DNA of 63,717 nucleotides, filler included, from Lama guanicoe (GCA_013239625.1; 74 parts of 74 records of this genome joined end to end with filler, not necessarily neighbours in it); one strand, 5' to 3'. Counted from the whole stretch's first letter, positions 11,965 through 23,670 are shown. Translations and numbers: made by a program. The notes: generated from the letters alone by a model not told the origin.

Positions 11965-13320
11965 TAAACATGCTATTTTCTGAGAGATATGTGTGTGTGA
12001 AATCCCTCCTTCATCTAGCTTGACGGAAACACAAAGTTTCTTTTCATTTGCAAACTCCACTCCATACATATATATGGGGAGGTACAAGCTCCAACTCGGT
12101 TTAACAGTGAAAATTGCAGGAATTTCAAACCGGCACTAGGAAACAGACTGAGAAACCAGAGTAAGTGTTTCTCCTGTACCCCGAAGCCTTTGTGCTGGAT
12201 GAACGAACTTCTCTCAACATGCTCAGTTCGAAGAGAAAAGTGTATGTGAAAGCCACCTTGAACTACCTTGAATGGAACACATAGTTTCTTTTGAGATGCA
12301 AAACTCACTACATACATACATATGTGGAGGTACAACCTCCAACTCGGTTTAACAGTGAAAACTGCAGGAACTTCAAACCGGCACTAGGAAACAGACTGAA
12401 TAACCAGAGTAAGTGTTTCTCCTGCAATCCGTTCCCTTTGTGCTGGATGAATGAACGTCTCTCCACATGATCAGTTCTGAGAGAAAAGTGTGTGTGAAAG
12501 CCCTCCTCCCCCTAGCTTGAAGGGAAGACAAAGTTTCTTTTAAGTTGCAAAGTCCAATACATACATATATATGGGGTGGTTCAAGCTCCAACTCGTTTTA
12601 CAGCGAAAACAGCAGGAACCTCAAACCTGCACTAGAAATCAGACTGAGAAACCAGAGTAAGTGTTTCTCCTGCAACCCATTCCCTTTGTGCTGGATGAAC
12701 GAACGTCTCTCCACATGCTCAGTTCTGAGAGATAAGTGTGTGTGAAAGCCGTCCTTCACCTAGCTTGAAGGGAACACAAAGTTTCTNNNNNNNNNNNNNN
12801 NNNNNNNNNNNNNNNNNNNNNNNNNNNNNNNNNNNNNNNNNNNNNNNNNNNNNNNNNNNNNNNNNNNNNNNNNNNNNNNNNNNNNNNNNNNNNNNNNNNN
12901 NNNNNNNNNNNNNNNNNNNNNNNNNNNNNNNNNNNNNNNNNNNNNNNNNNNNNNNNNNNNNNNNNNNNNNNNNNNNNNNNNNNNNNNNNNNNNNNNNNNN
13001 NNNNNNNNNNNNNNNNNNNNNNNNNNNNNNNNNNNNNNNNNNNNNNNNNNNNNNNNNNNNNNNNNNNNNNNNNNNNNNNNNNNNNNNNNNNNNNNNNNNN
13101 NNNNNNNNNNNNNNNNNNNNNNNNNNNNNNNNNNNNNNNNNNNNNNNNNNNNNNNNNNNNNNNNNNNNNNNNNNNNNNNNNNNNNNNNNNNNNNNNGAAC
13201 GTCTCTCAACACGCTTATTTCTGAGAGATAAGCGTTTGTGAAAGCGGTCCTTCATCTAGCTTTTTGGGAAAACAAATTTCTATTCAGCTACAAACTCCTC
13301 TACCTACATATATATGGGGA
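11965..13320. repeat. ~248-bp satellite (reverse orientation)
   Basis: Reverse complement of the 7990-9116 monomer in tandem. Confidence 0.95.
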
Positions 13321-13420
13321 NNNNNNNNNNNNNNNNNNNNNNNNNNNNNNNNNNNNNNNNNNNNTTAATTAATTAANNNNNNNNNNNNNNNNNNNNNNNN
13401 NNNNNNNNNNNNNNNNNNNN

Positions 13421-14170
13421 TTAGAAATCTTGATCTAGTAGGCCATCAATGTCTATTTCATTGATCGTAGTTTCAGGGGATTTCTCTTGCTCTTTTAATT
13501 GGGAATAGTTCCTCTGCTTCTTCAACTGCTCATATCTCTCTGGCACTGTGGCTTAAGGAGTATCACTTATCTTTTGTGGCCCTTAAAGGGGTTTATTTCT
13601 TTATCTATCTAAGGTCTATGCTGGAATAAAACTTAAAAACGAGAGAGAGAAAGAGAATTTTAAAAGAATGGAGGAAAAGAAGGTTTGAAAACATTGTATA
13701 ATCAATAATAGAAGAGCAAGTTGAAGAAGAATAGGAATCGAGTTGAGATGTCTTTTTAAAACCTTAATAAAAAGAAGAAAAAAATCAATACACAATATTT
13801 AAAACCTGTGAATAATCAATAACAGATCAAATCCAAGAGAATTAAAAATGAAATGAGAATTGTAAACNNNNNNNNNNNNNNNNNNNNNNNNNNNNNNNNN
13901 NNNNNNNNNNNNNNNNNNNNNNNNNNNNNNNNNNNNNNNNNNNNNNNNNNNNNNNNNNNNNNNNNNNNNNNNNNNNNNNNNNNNNNNNNNNNNNNNGTCT
14001 TCGCCCCATGAACTCAGCTTGCTCTCTTGGCCCCCTCGTCTGTGCTGCTCACAGTGTCCATTGGCAAGAAGATTGCGTCCCTCCAACACTGGGTCAGGTG
14101 CTGCTCTCCTTTGCGGTGCGTGGGTGGGTCATTCCCCGTCTGGATGCCACAGTCAGTGCTGTGTCAATTG
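13421..14170 (-). mobile_element. LINE-1 5' UTR / ORF1 N-terminus fragment
   Basis: Minus strand reads KKQRNYSQLKEQEKSPE..INEIDIDGLLDQDF (L1 ORF1 start); near-identical to 34163-34844. Confidence 0.75.
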
Positions 14171-14195
14171 CTCCATAGGTGGGCTCAGCTTCAAG

Positions 14196-14456
14196 AATAA
14201 CAGGTTTATGGAGATATAATTCACATACCATAAAATGCAGCCTTTGAAAGTGTGCATTAGGGTTTTATGTACATTTCAGGTTTGTGTAGCCATCACCCCC
14301 AAAAGGAACCAGTACCCTTTAGTAAGTCAGTCCCTAACCTTCCTTTCCCTTAGCCCTCAGCAGCCACCACTCTACTTTCTGCCTCTTTGGGTTTGCCTGT
14401 TCTAGGTATTTCATATAAGTAGAACCATACAGTATGCTGCCTTTTTTGATTATCGT
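14196..14456 (-). mobile_element. Old L1 3'-end fragment
   Basis: GAGATATAATTCACATACCATAAAAT..CCACTCTACTTTCTG..CATATAAGTAGAACCATACAGTATG pattern. Confidence 0.75.
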
Positions 14457-15723
14457 NNNNNNNNNNNNNNNNNNNNNNNNNNNNNNNNNNNNNNNNNNNN
14501 TTAATTAATTAANNNNNNNNNNNNNNNNNNNNNNNNNNNNNNNNNNNNNNNNNNNNGGAGGTGCCCTTGAGACATCTAAGTGCAGTGTCACGAGCTCACA
14601 GAGGAAGTCTTATCCCAGGCTGTGCATTTTCCTATAATCTCAATCCCTGAGGATGCCAAGGTATTGATCACTGAGCATGAAGTCATACTTGACAGGACAA
14701 GTGAATAGTAGTATCTGTCATCAAAGCTCACGTCTCTTTATTCATCACTCACTTTGCTAATTGGGTACTTACAGAGCTCACTTCACCGCCCTTCCCTGGG
14801 CTCAGGCTCCACAGAAAAATGAGTCTCCCTCTTTTCCAGATGAAGAGACATTTAGCTGGTAGACTTCTTTACCTTGCCAGACTTAGAATTTTAGTTTGTT
14901 GGTTTAATTCTATTCTCTTTTGGCCATGACCTGACAGGAGAGACGTTTTACCTCGTGGTCAGGTTTCAATAAGCTGTTACTGAGAATTGCTGATCTGATC
15001 CATANNNNNNNNNNNNNNNNNNNNNNNNNNNNNNNNNNNNNNNNNNNNTTAATTAATTAANNNNNNNNNNNNNNNNNNNNNNNNNNNNNNNNNNNNNNNN
15101 NNNNGAGATCAGGCTTCAGGAAACCACAAGGGGGAAAGCACTGTTTCAAGGCCAGCTTGTCCTGGGTGGCACCCCCTCTCGGCTGAGTTTGTGTGGCTGG
15201 CCTGGCCCTGCCTGCCTGGCTGCAGGGCTGGTGGTTCATTCCCTCCTCTGTGCTCAGTGAGATCTGGGGCCATGACCTGGAGGTGAAGCTCCAAAACCAG
15301 CCCAGCAGCACAGCGCAGGGCTTAGAAAAGCTGACTCAAAAATAGAGGCTCAGGCTGGGTTTTAAGGTCCTATAGGCACAAACACCAAGGCTCAGCTGGA
15401 CCAGCTCTGGCCTGAAGTAGCTCCAGGACTCATCTCTCATCCTGCTGGGCCTGGGGGTGTCCAGAGCGGTTCATTTTCCCAGAGCAGTGCGTACCTCCTG
15501 GGTGCCTCCCCCACCCAACAGGGGCCTGTGCTCTCAGTTGTGAGCTGGATGCCCTAGCGGAGGCCTGGATGCTCCGAGCCCCCTCCTTGTGTGGCGCGGG
15601 ATCCCAGCCCATCCTGGTCGCCCTGGCAGGGACTCCCGGTGGGGCCTGTCCCCAGTACCAGCCCTGAATGCTGCTCTGGTTACTGCTTCGGCCTTGGTGG
15701 CTGACTTGACCTCTGACCCCCAG

Positions 15724-15870
15724 GTCCTCTACTGCCAGTCCTGCTCGCAGGTGGGGGTCATGCTCACCTCCATCCCCAAGTTCAACGACTTCTACATCCA
15801 GCTGGATGACAGCAACGTGGGGGTGCAGTTTCTGCGCCCCCTGAATGAGACCATCGCTGACTTGGGTGAG
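15724..15870 (+). CDS. ADCY1: Diverged adenylate cyclase 1-like internal exon (C2a catalytic domain), 147 bp, phase 0-0; paralog or unprocessed pseudogene
   Basis: CCCCAG acceptor, GTAAGG donor; VLYCQSCSQVGVMLTSIPKFNDFYIQLDDSNVGVQFLRPLNETIADLGE aligns to recalled ADCY1 [49 protein letters not shown]. Confidence 0.8.
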
Positions 15871-16108
15871 GTAAGGGCCAAACTCTCTGGGGCCTGAGGG
15901 CGCCTAGCCCCCAGCAGTTCGGAATTGTGTCCACCACTGTAGTGTGTTCTCTGCGGGGTGGGGGGGAGCACATGCACTTTGTCTCCTTGGGAATCCCGGC
16001 CGACCTTGNNNNNNNNNNNNNNNNNNNNNNNNNNNNNNNNNNNNNNNNNNNNTTAATTAATTAANNNNNNNNNNNNNNNNNNNNNNNNNNNNNNNNNNNN
16101 NNNNNNNN

Positions 16109-16541
16109 AAAATAGAATGTAGAATATACAATGTAGAAAACAGAATATAGAATATAGCATACGGAAAGGAGAATATAGAATATAGAATATAGAATGATGA
16201 ACCCAAATTATAGAAAATAGAATAGAATATTAGAACCCAGAATTAATAAAATGGAATGTAGAACACAGAATTTAGATTATAGAATACTGAATTTCGATTT
16301 TAGAATATAGAATGTAGAACACAGAATATGGAATGTTAGATACGGAATGCAGACTATTGAATACAGAATACAGAATGTAGAACACAGAATATAGAATATA
16401 GACTACGGAATGCAGAATATAGAATATAGTATATAGAAAGATGAACATAGTAAAGAATATGGAAAACAGAATACACAAACGAGAATTAAGATCATGGAAT
16501 GCAAAACACATAGTTTAGACTATAGAATACAGAATACTGAA
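16109..16541. repeat. AT-rich 7-bp-based satellite
   Basis: AGAATAT periodicity. Confidence 0.95.
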
Positions 16542-16641
16542 NNNNNNNNNNNNNNNNNNNNNNNNNNNNNNNNNNNNNNNNNNNNTTAATTAATTAANNN
16601 NNNNNNNNNNNNNNNNNNNNNNNNNNNNNNNNNNNNNNNNN

Positions 16642-17473
16642 TATATTATCTTAAGTATTCTGTATCCTATAATCTAAATTCTGTGTTCTGATTTCCGTGT
16701 TCTAAATTCTGGGTCTATATTCTCTATTCTATTTTCTGTATTCTGTGCTCTACATTCTATATTCTAAATTCTATATTCAGTATTCTTTATTCTATATTCT
16801 AAATTCTGTGTTCTACATTCTATATTCTAAATTCTATATTCAGTATTCTTTATTCTATATTCTAAATTCTGTGTTCTACATTCTATATTCTAAATTCTAT
16901 ATTCAGTATTCTTTATTCTATATTCTAAATTCTGTGTTCTACATTCTATATTCTAAATTCTATATTCAGTATTCTTTATTCTATATTCTAAATTCTGTGT
17001 TCTACATTCTATATTCTAAATTCTATATTCAGTATTCTTTATTCTATATTCTAAATTCTGTGTTCTGCATTCTATATTCTATATTGTATAATCTGCAGGC
17101 CGTATCTATATTCAGTGTTCTACATTCTTTATTCTAAATTCTATATTCAGTATCCTGTATTCTATATCCTAAATTCTGTGTTCTGCATTCCATGTTCTAA
17201 ATTCTGTGTTCTATATTCTGTATTCTATATTTTGTACTCATTAATCTATATTCTATATACTATATTCTGCATTCCGTAGTCTATATTCTATATTCTGTGT
17301 CCTACATTCTATATTCTAAAATCTATATTCAGTATTCTGTATTCTATATTCTAAAATCTGTGAAATCTGTGTTTACCATGTTCTAAATATTGGGTTCTAT
17401 ATTCTCTATTCTATATTCTATATCCTGTGTTATAATTTCTATATTCTAAATTCTATATTCAGTATTCTATTTT
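16642..17473. repeat. AT-rich 7-bp-based satellite with 63-bp perfect tandem block
   Basis: 63-bp unit starts at 16744, 16807, 16870, 16933, 16996. Confidence 0.95.
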
Positions 17474-17828
17474 NNNNNNNNNNNNNNNNNNNNNNNNNNN
17501 NNNNNNNNNNNNNNNNNTTAATTAATTAANNNNNNNNNNNNNNNNNNNNNNNNNNNNNNNNNNNNNNNNNNNNACTGTTTTAAAGCATGCTGGAATAAAT
17601 AAAAATATTTATTTATTTTTTTTGGTGCATGACTAATAGCGAATAGCATTTAGAAGATTTGGAGATGATCTGGTTTGCATTAAACATATTTAAACATTTT
17701 AAAATGTGTCATGAATTAAGTCAAGCTTTACCTCAAATAGATGCTGAAAATATCAAAATACACAGAGTTTTCCTGTATTTAAAAGATCATGATTATCTAA
17801 CAACCACTTGGCTTTTGTTTTTCCTCAG

Positions 17829-17918
17829 AGCACAATCAGATGAACTGGAAAAAATGGAGACGCATGGCCGGTCCTCCAAAGACAAGGAAAATGACAAGTC
17901 TCTGGACGAAACTGAGCA
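17829..17918 (+). CDS. Candidate 90-bp coding exon of an unidentified gene
   Basis: Polypyrimidine acceptor CTTTTGTTTTTCCTCAG; open frame [29 protein letters not shown]; ends at GTGAGC donor (or TGA stop 17920-17922). Confidence 0.5.
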
Positions 17919-19221
17919 GTGAGCGCATCATAGGACCCTGTAGATGGCATCCAGGCTATGGGTGGGCTCTTTCCATTTGAAAAAATGCAGTATCTTCTGT
18001 GCGCTGTGTCATGAATAATGTGAGGATAAACGTGTTTTGTGGATTGTCTTTTACCTCTTAACTTGGCTTACATCAGGCTTCTATGNNNNNNNNNNNNNNN
18101 NNNNNNNNNNNNNNNNNNNNNNNNNNNNNTTAATTAATTAANNNNNNNNNNNNNNNNNNNNNNNNNNNNNNNNNNNNNNNNNNNNGGTGGTTCATAATAT
18201 AAATACTCCTTTAGCAAAGGCTAATTAATTGTGACGGCTTGCCAGAGAGCAACTGAGTAATGGATTGCTTTGCATTGTCAGAGGACACAATGGTACAGGG
18301 AGAGTTGGAGAGTGGCTTTGTTCGAGAATGGATTTCACATCCACCTGCATGGCTGGGCTAGAACGGAAGACATGATGCTCGGCTCGCTCGGCTGTAATTG
18401 GGCTCATTTGTTACACGGCATCCACTGGCTTCACAAGCAGATCTCTGTTCCTTCCTGACAGACCCCATAAAGTATTCATTGATGGGGTTTCAGAAAACCG
18501 TGGCATGAGTTACTCAAATCTGTTAACGGCAAAACAGGCCACCTGTGCTTTCCTGAAATCACTTTGAGACTTTGACTTGGCAGTGGTTTCTGGGTTAGCA
18601 AGGCAAAGGAAGAAAATTATATAAGGGGATGCAGGTAAACGTTTCGTTTTGATCCTAGAGATGTATTGCTTTCTGTTACACACTGATCCCTTCTCAATCC
18701 ACAGAGAATATTACCCTTGGAGAAATTTTTCTTTCTTTCTTTCTTTGAACACCCATGAAGCTTACTTATTTCCCCTTCAGTTTACATTTATGCTTATGTA
18801 TGTTCATCTTCTTAGAAGAAACAGGAGAGGAATGCTTATGGGAAGCATTTGATGGTCTCACATTCAAGACGGTGGTTTTGCCGATTTGCCAAGGACTCTG
18901 AGTCACCAGGGTATGGTGGCCACTGCACCAAGTCTCCAGCACCTGCACCCCAGCTCAGCGATGGTTTTGTCCCCACCCCTCAGTAAACCANNNNNNNNNN
19001 NNNNNNNNNNNNNNNNNNNNNNNNNNNNNNNNNNTTAATTAATTAANNNNNNNNNNNNNNNNNNNNNNNNNNNNNNNNNNNNNNNNNNNNAGCTACTAAG
19101 GTTAAGAACCATTTTGATGGCCTAGCAGTTTAACTGTGCAGGCCTCCTTAAGCAGCATTGAAAGCTGCAGTGCTCAAAATCATGCAAATTTGAAAAGTAG
19201 CTGTAGAAAAAGTTATTTGAG

Positions 19222-19499
19222 ATGGCACATATTTCTTCAGAAATTCAAGATGTGTCTCCTTCACATGGATGAACTGGTTCAGGAAACTCCAGTTGATCTC
19301 TATTGTGTGATCAAACATTCTCTGGGGACTTGGACTTAAGGTAGGTGTATGATTGAAGAAAATGATTTTCAGACTTAGTCTGAAGAATCCTTGATAAAAA
19401 ACCCTGTTACCCACATTGTGTCTTTGAACCAGATGAAGATAATTATTTTAGTTCTCTGACATTTCCAAGAAAACTGTGGAAAATGGCTGGGAGTGGACA
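19222..19499 (+). pseudogene. HSFY: HSFY (Y-linked heat shock transcription factor) pseudogene, exon 1 fragment
   Basis: MAHISSEIQDVSP.. start; several in-frame stops (first TGA at 19270) and a frameshift; downstream EPDEDNYFSSLTFPRKLWKM. Confidence 0.9.
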
Positions 19500-19608
19500 N
19501 NNNNNNNNNNNNNNNNNNNNNNNNNNNNNNNNNNNNNNNNNNNTTAATTAATTAANNNNNNNNNNNNNNNNNNNNNNNNNNNNNNNNNNNNNNNNNNNNC
19601 GGGGTCAG

Positions 19609-19884
19609 GGTCTCACACCGTCCAGAGGATGTTTGGCTGCGACGTGGGGCCGGACGGGCGCCTCCTCCGCGGGTACATTCAGTTCTCCTACGACGGCAAG
19701 GATTACATCGCCCTGAACCAGGACCTGCGCTCCTGGACCGCGGCGGACGCGGCGGCTCAGATCACCCAGCGCAAGTGGGAGGCGGCCGGTGTGGCGGAGC
19801 AGGAGAGGAACTACCTGGAGGGCACCTGCGTGGAGTGGCTCGGCAGATACCTGGAGAACGGGAAGGAGACGCTGCAGCGCGCAG
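19609..19884 (+). CDS. MHC class I heavy chain exon 3 (alpha-2 domain)
   Basis: Canonical 276-bp exon with CAG/GT boundaries; [71 protein letters not shown]. Confidence 0.97.
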
Positions 19885-20492
19885 GTACGAGGGGCCGCGG
19901 GGCCTCCACGGCCTCCCCTCGGGCTGCCGCTCGGAACGAGGAGGGGAGGAGGGATCCTGCGGGAAACCGCCGCGGCTTCCTGCTGCAGAGGGAGGGGTCC
20001 GCCCAGGTCCCCGTATTCTGTACAGGAGTGACTTGCCAGGGGCCCGACTTCTCTAAAGGACAGTCAGGAAATCCAGGCTCTTTCGGATAAATAGGGGGAG
20101 ACCGTCCCCGAAATAACTGACCCGCGGTGCCCTTTGACCCCGGCCGCCATCTTGTGAACCAGGACCTTCTCTCAGGCCTGTTCTCAGCCCAAGACCCTGT
20201 TTGGATCCTGACTCCAGCTTTTCTGAGTCATTCATCCTCCTCCATTGTAAACAGGACTCTGTATTCACCCCCCTTACAGCCCTGGAGCCTCCTATCTTGT
20301 CTTTCATTCTGATTCTTAAACATTCCGAGGACTAGGAGATACTCCCAGACATCCAGGTGCAGGCTGGTGTCCTGGGTTTGTGTTTCTTTTCAAACCCATC
20401 ATCCTGTCCAGTCTCAGGATGGTCACATGATGCTGTTTCAGTGGCTCATGGAGGTAACCCAGAGTGAGAAGTCTCTGATTCTTCTTCCTCAG

Positions 20493-20563
20493 ACCCTCCA
20501 AGGACCCATGTGATGCATCACCCCACCTCTGACCATAAGGCCACCCTGAGGTGCTGGGCCCTG
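20493..20563 (+). CDS. MHC class I heavy chain exon 4 (alpha-3 domain), 5' part
   Basis: TTCTTCCTCAG acceptor then (D)[23 protein letters not shown]; 608-bp intron 3. Confidence 0.93.
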
Positions 20564-20801
20564 NNNNNNNNNNNNNNNNNNNNNNNNNNNNNNNNNNNNN
20601 NNNNNNNTTAATTAATTAANNNNNNNNNNNNNNNNNNNNNNNNNNNNNNNNNNNNNNNNNNNNCTCAGGGACAGCCCTCTCCCCCTCCGTCCCGGACCGC
20701 GCCCGCCCACCCTGCGCCTCCTCGCGCCCCCCAGTGCACAGTGTGGGGCCCCGGCCCCATCCGCGCCCGTGGAGCCCCAGGCCGGCGGTGCAGCCAGTTA
20801 C

Positions 20802-21070
20802 CAGGGCGCGGAGAACATGACGCAGTGCGCGGCGCTCTGGGTGCCGCGCGTGACCGTGCCCGTGCCCGTGTACAGGTGCTTGGCGTGCGGGTCCTGCCCG
20901 TCCCCGCCATCGGCTGGGGTGATCCGACGCTGCACCTGCCCCCCACCCCCGGCTCCTGTGCCCGCGCGCCCCAGCGCCCGCTCCGGCTCAGCAGCCCCAG
21001 TAGCAGATGCGGGGCGGCCGGACTGGGCCTGGGGCCGCGGCGAGAGGAGGCGCCCTGAGCTCGCGCGTAT
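20802..21070 (-). pseudogene. TXNDC5: Unprocessed TXNDC5-like exon 1, degenerate, in a CpG island
   Basis: DGGDGQDPHAKHLYTGTGTVTRGTQSAAHCVMFSAPW vs recalled TXNDC5 DGEDGQDPHSKHLYTADMFTHGIQSAAHFVMFFAPW; GTAACT donor; start ATG appears as ATA; GRWGARAQE lies in another frame. Confidence 0.82.
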
Positions 21071-21215
21071 CACGGCGGGCTGGGCGCGCTCTCTCCGCGG
21101 CAGCCAGCGATGTGTNNNNNNNNNNNNNNNNNNNNNNNNNNNNNNNNNNNNNNNNNNNNTTAATTAATTAANNNNNNNNNNNNNNNNNNNNNNNNNNNNN
21201 NNNNNNNNNNNNNNN

Positions 21216-21664
21216 AGGTCCGTGTTGTTCTCATGCCGGTGACACAGCATCCACTCTGCAGCCCGCGGACCCAGGAGTCATTTCGACTTTCAAGCCTCCT
21301 TATTTAAGGAGTACGTTTCCTAAGGCTGTGGCTGCCGCAGGTGGGCATTCCCCTGATGGATGCGGGCAGAGTCCACTGAAAACCTTCTGGGAAGAATCAC
21401 CATTCTAGATCCCGTTTAAGAACATTCCTGATTCATGGGAAGAGGTCAAAATACTCACATTCACAGGAGTTTGGAAGAAGTTGACTCCAGCTCTCCTGGA
21501 TGACTTTGAGGGGTTCGAGCCTTCCGTGGAGGAAGCCACTGCAGACGTGGTGGAAACGGCAAGAGAACTGGAATTTGGCGTGGAGCCTGAAGATGGGACT
21601 GCGCTGCTGCATCTTAGGATGAAACCTGAACAGACAAGGAGCTGCTGCTCATAGATGAGCAAAG
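21216..21664 (+). mobile_element. Tigger1 (pogo-like) DNA transposon transposase fragment
   Basis: QPADPGVISTFK..LKTFW..KNIPDSWEEVKILTFTGVWKKLTPALLDDFEGF..VEEATADVVETARELEFGVEPED, with disruptions. Confidence 0.9.
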
Positions 21665-22732
21665 NNNNNNNNNNNNNNNNNNNNNNNNNNNNNNNNNNNN
21701 NNNNNNNNTTAATTAATTAANNNNNNNNNNNNNNNNNNNNNNNNNNNNNNNNNNNNNNNNNNNNAGAGAGGTGTAGAAGGAACACCGGAGCTGGGAACGA
21801 GCAGAAGTCATACACATTTTCAAACAAAGATACTGAGGATGAAAAGCTTATTTCTCTTATTCCAGAAACAAAGCTACTTATAGTCTATTTTTATTTGAGA
21901 AAACTAATTCTCTCCATCGTTATTTACTACCATAATATATTGAATGGAATATATGTATGTTCTATTCGACGTATACATAGGTATATGCTACACAATATAC
22001 GTTATACACAAAATATATATTTACATACTCAATTTTATATTCCATAAAAGGATCCTGAAATAATTTGAAGGGCACTGTAAACACTTGTACAAAAACCCAC
22101 CTTTCAAAACACATTACGCGATGTCTTTCCTATTTCTCTGTAACTCCTATGCTAGCCAAACGAGCCACTAAGCAACCTAAAGATCTGTAATGAACGGTGC
22201 CTCTCTTTGCTACTTTTATCCTTTTCACGCGCACAGCATAATCGGTGCTAGGAAGAGACTGATTTTTTCGGCCTTGGACCTAAATGTCACTCTACATTTG
22301 ATTGGCTTAGCCTTTCCAAACAATCAAATCATGCCTATGTCACATCAAAGTAACTGCTAGAAAACAAAATTGTCAAAGGAGAGTTATAATTTCCTAAAAT
22401 GGAAAAAGAACCTACCTTGTGAGAATGGGAGTTTTTCCAAANNNNNNNNNNNNNNNNNNNNNNNNNNNNNNNNNNNNNNNNNNNNNNNNNNNNNNNNNNN
22501 NNNNNNNNNNNNNNNNGGGTGCGAGCCAAGAGTCCAGGTGCAGGGCAGGCTCAGTGGCGGGCTAAGCCCCACTGAGGCTTCCACGCCCATCCTCGGAGCG
22601 CCCAAGCAGCGGGGGCACAACTTTGGGGCCGCNNNNNNNNNNNNNNNNNNNNNNNNNNNNNNNNNNNNNNNNNNNNTTAATTAATTAANNNNNNNNNNNN
22701 NNNNNNNNNNNNNNNNNNNNNNNNNNNNNNNN

Positions 22733-23670
22733 TGCCTAAGCTCGTCACCCCTGAGAGTTTTCCTAATGTCTCTGAGCCAGGAAATGCTAGGGTTGTGTTT
22801 TGAAATCCCAGTGACAGAGGCTGCCTCCCTAAGGTCAGGGAAGTTATTTCTCGGACTTCCCCGGACAGGGAACACCTGTGGCTGAAGAGAGNNNNNNNNN
22901 NNNNNNNNNNNNNNNNNNNNNNNNNNNNNNNNNNNNNNNNNNNNNNNNNNNNNNNNNNNNNNNNNNNNNNNNNNNNNNNNNNNNNNNNNNNNNNNNNNNN
23001 NNNNNNNNNNNNNNNNNNNNNNNNNNNNNNNNNNNNNNNNNNNNNNNNNNNNNNNNNNNNNNNNNNNNNNNNNNNNNNNNNNNTGGGGAGGTTCCACCAA
23101 CGGTGGGCAGAGCGTACGTTCAAACGGAATGCCTATGCTCGTCTGAGCTGAAAGTTTTCCTAATGCCTCTCTGCCAGGGAATGTTAGCGGGGGTTTCAGG
23201 AATTCCCAGTGATAGAGGCTGCCTCCCCAAGCTCAGGGAAGTTATTTCTCGGACTTCCCCTTAAGAGGGAAAACCTGTGACTGAACAGAGCTGCGTGGAG
23301 TTGTCTCACGAGCTCCCCCACGCACTGACAATGGTTCCGGAATCCTGAGCGTGGGGAGGTTCCACCAACGGTCGGCAGCGCGTGGGTTCTAACGGAATGA
23401 TCGTCACCCCGGAGGGTTTTCCTAATGTCTCTGTGCCAGGGAACGCTAGGTTGGTTTACAGGAAATCCCAGAGACAGAGGCTGCCTCCCAATGTTCCGGG
23501 AAGAGATTTCTCGGAATTCCCCCGAAACGGGAACACCAGTGACTGAAGAGAGCTGCATGGAGTTGACTCTGGATCTCCCCCACACACTGACCATTGTTCT
23601 GGAAACCTGAGCGTCGAGCGGTTCCACCAATGGTCAGCAGCACGTGGGTTCTAAGGGAATGCCTAAGCTC
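22733..23670. repeat. GC-rich 267-bp satellite
   Basis: Same monomer as 4644-5468. Confidence 0.95.

Noticed and set aside
16745..17137. Tyr/Ile/Phe/Ser-rich repetitive 'membrane' ORFs (also 11193, 52061-52673, 63284)
   Set aside because: Translations of the stop-poor strand of the heptamer satellite
19885..20090. C-terminal extension of the MHC ORF (GTRGRGAS...)
   Set aside because: Read-through into intron 3 after the GT donor at 19885
7554..21115. Apparent immune or testis gene cluster (TRDV, HSFY, MHC-I, TXNDC5)
   Set aside because: Each lies on a separate scaffold; adjacency is artificial
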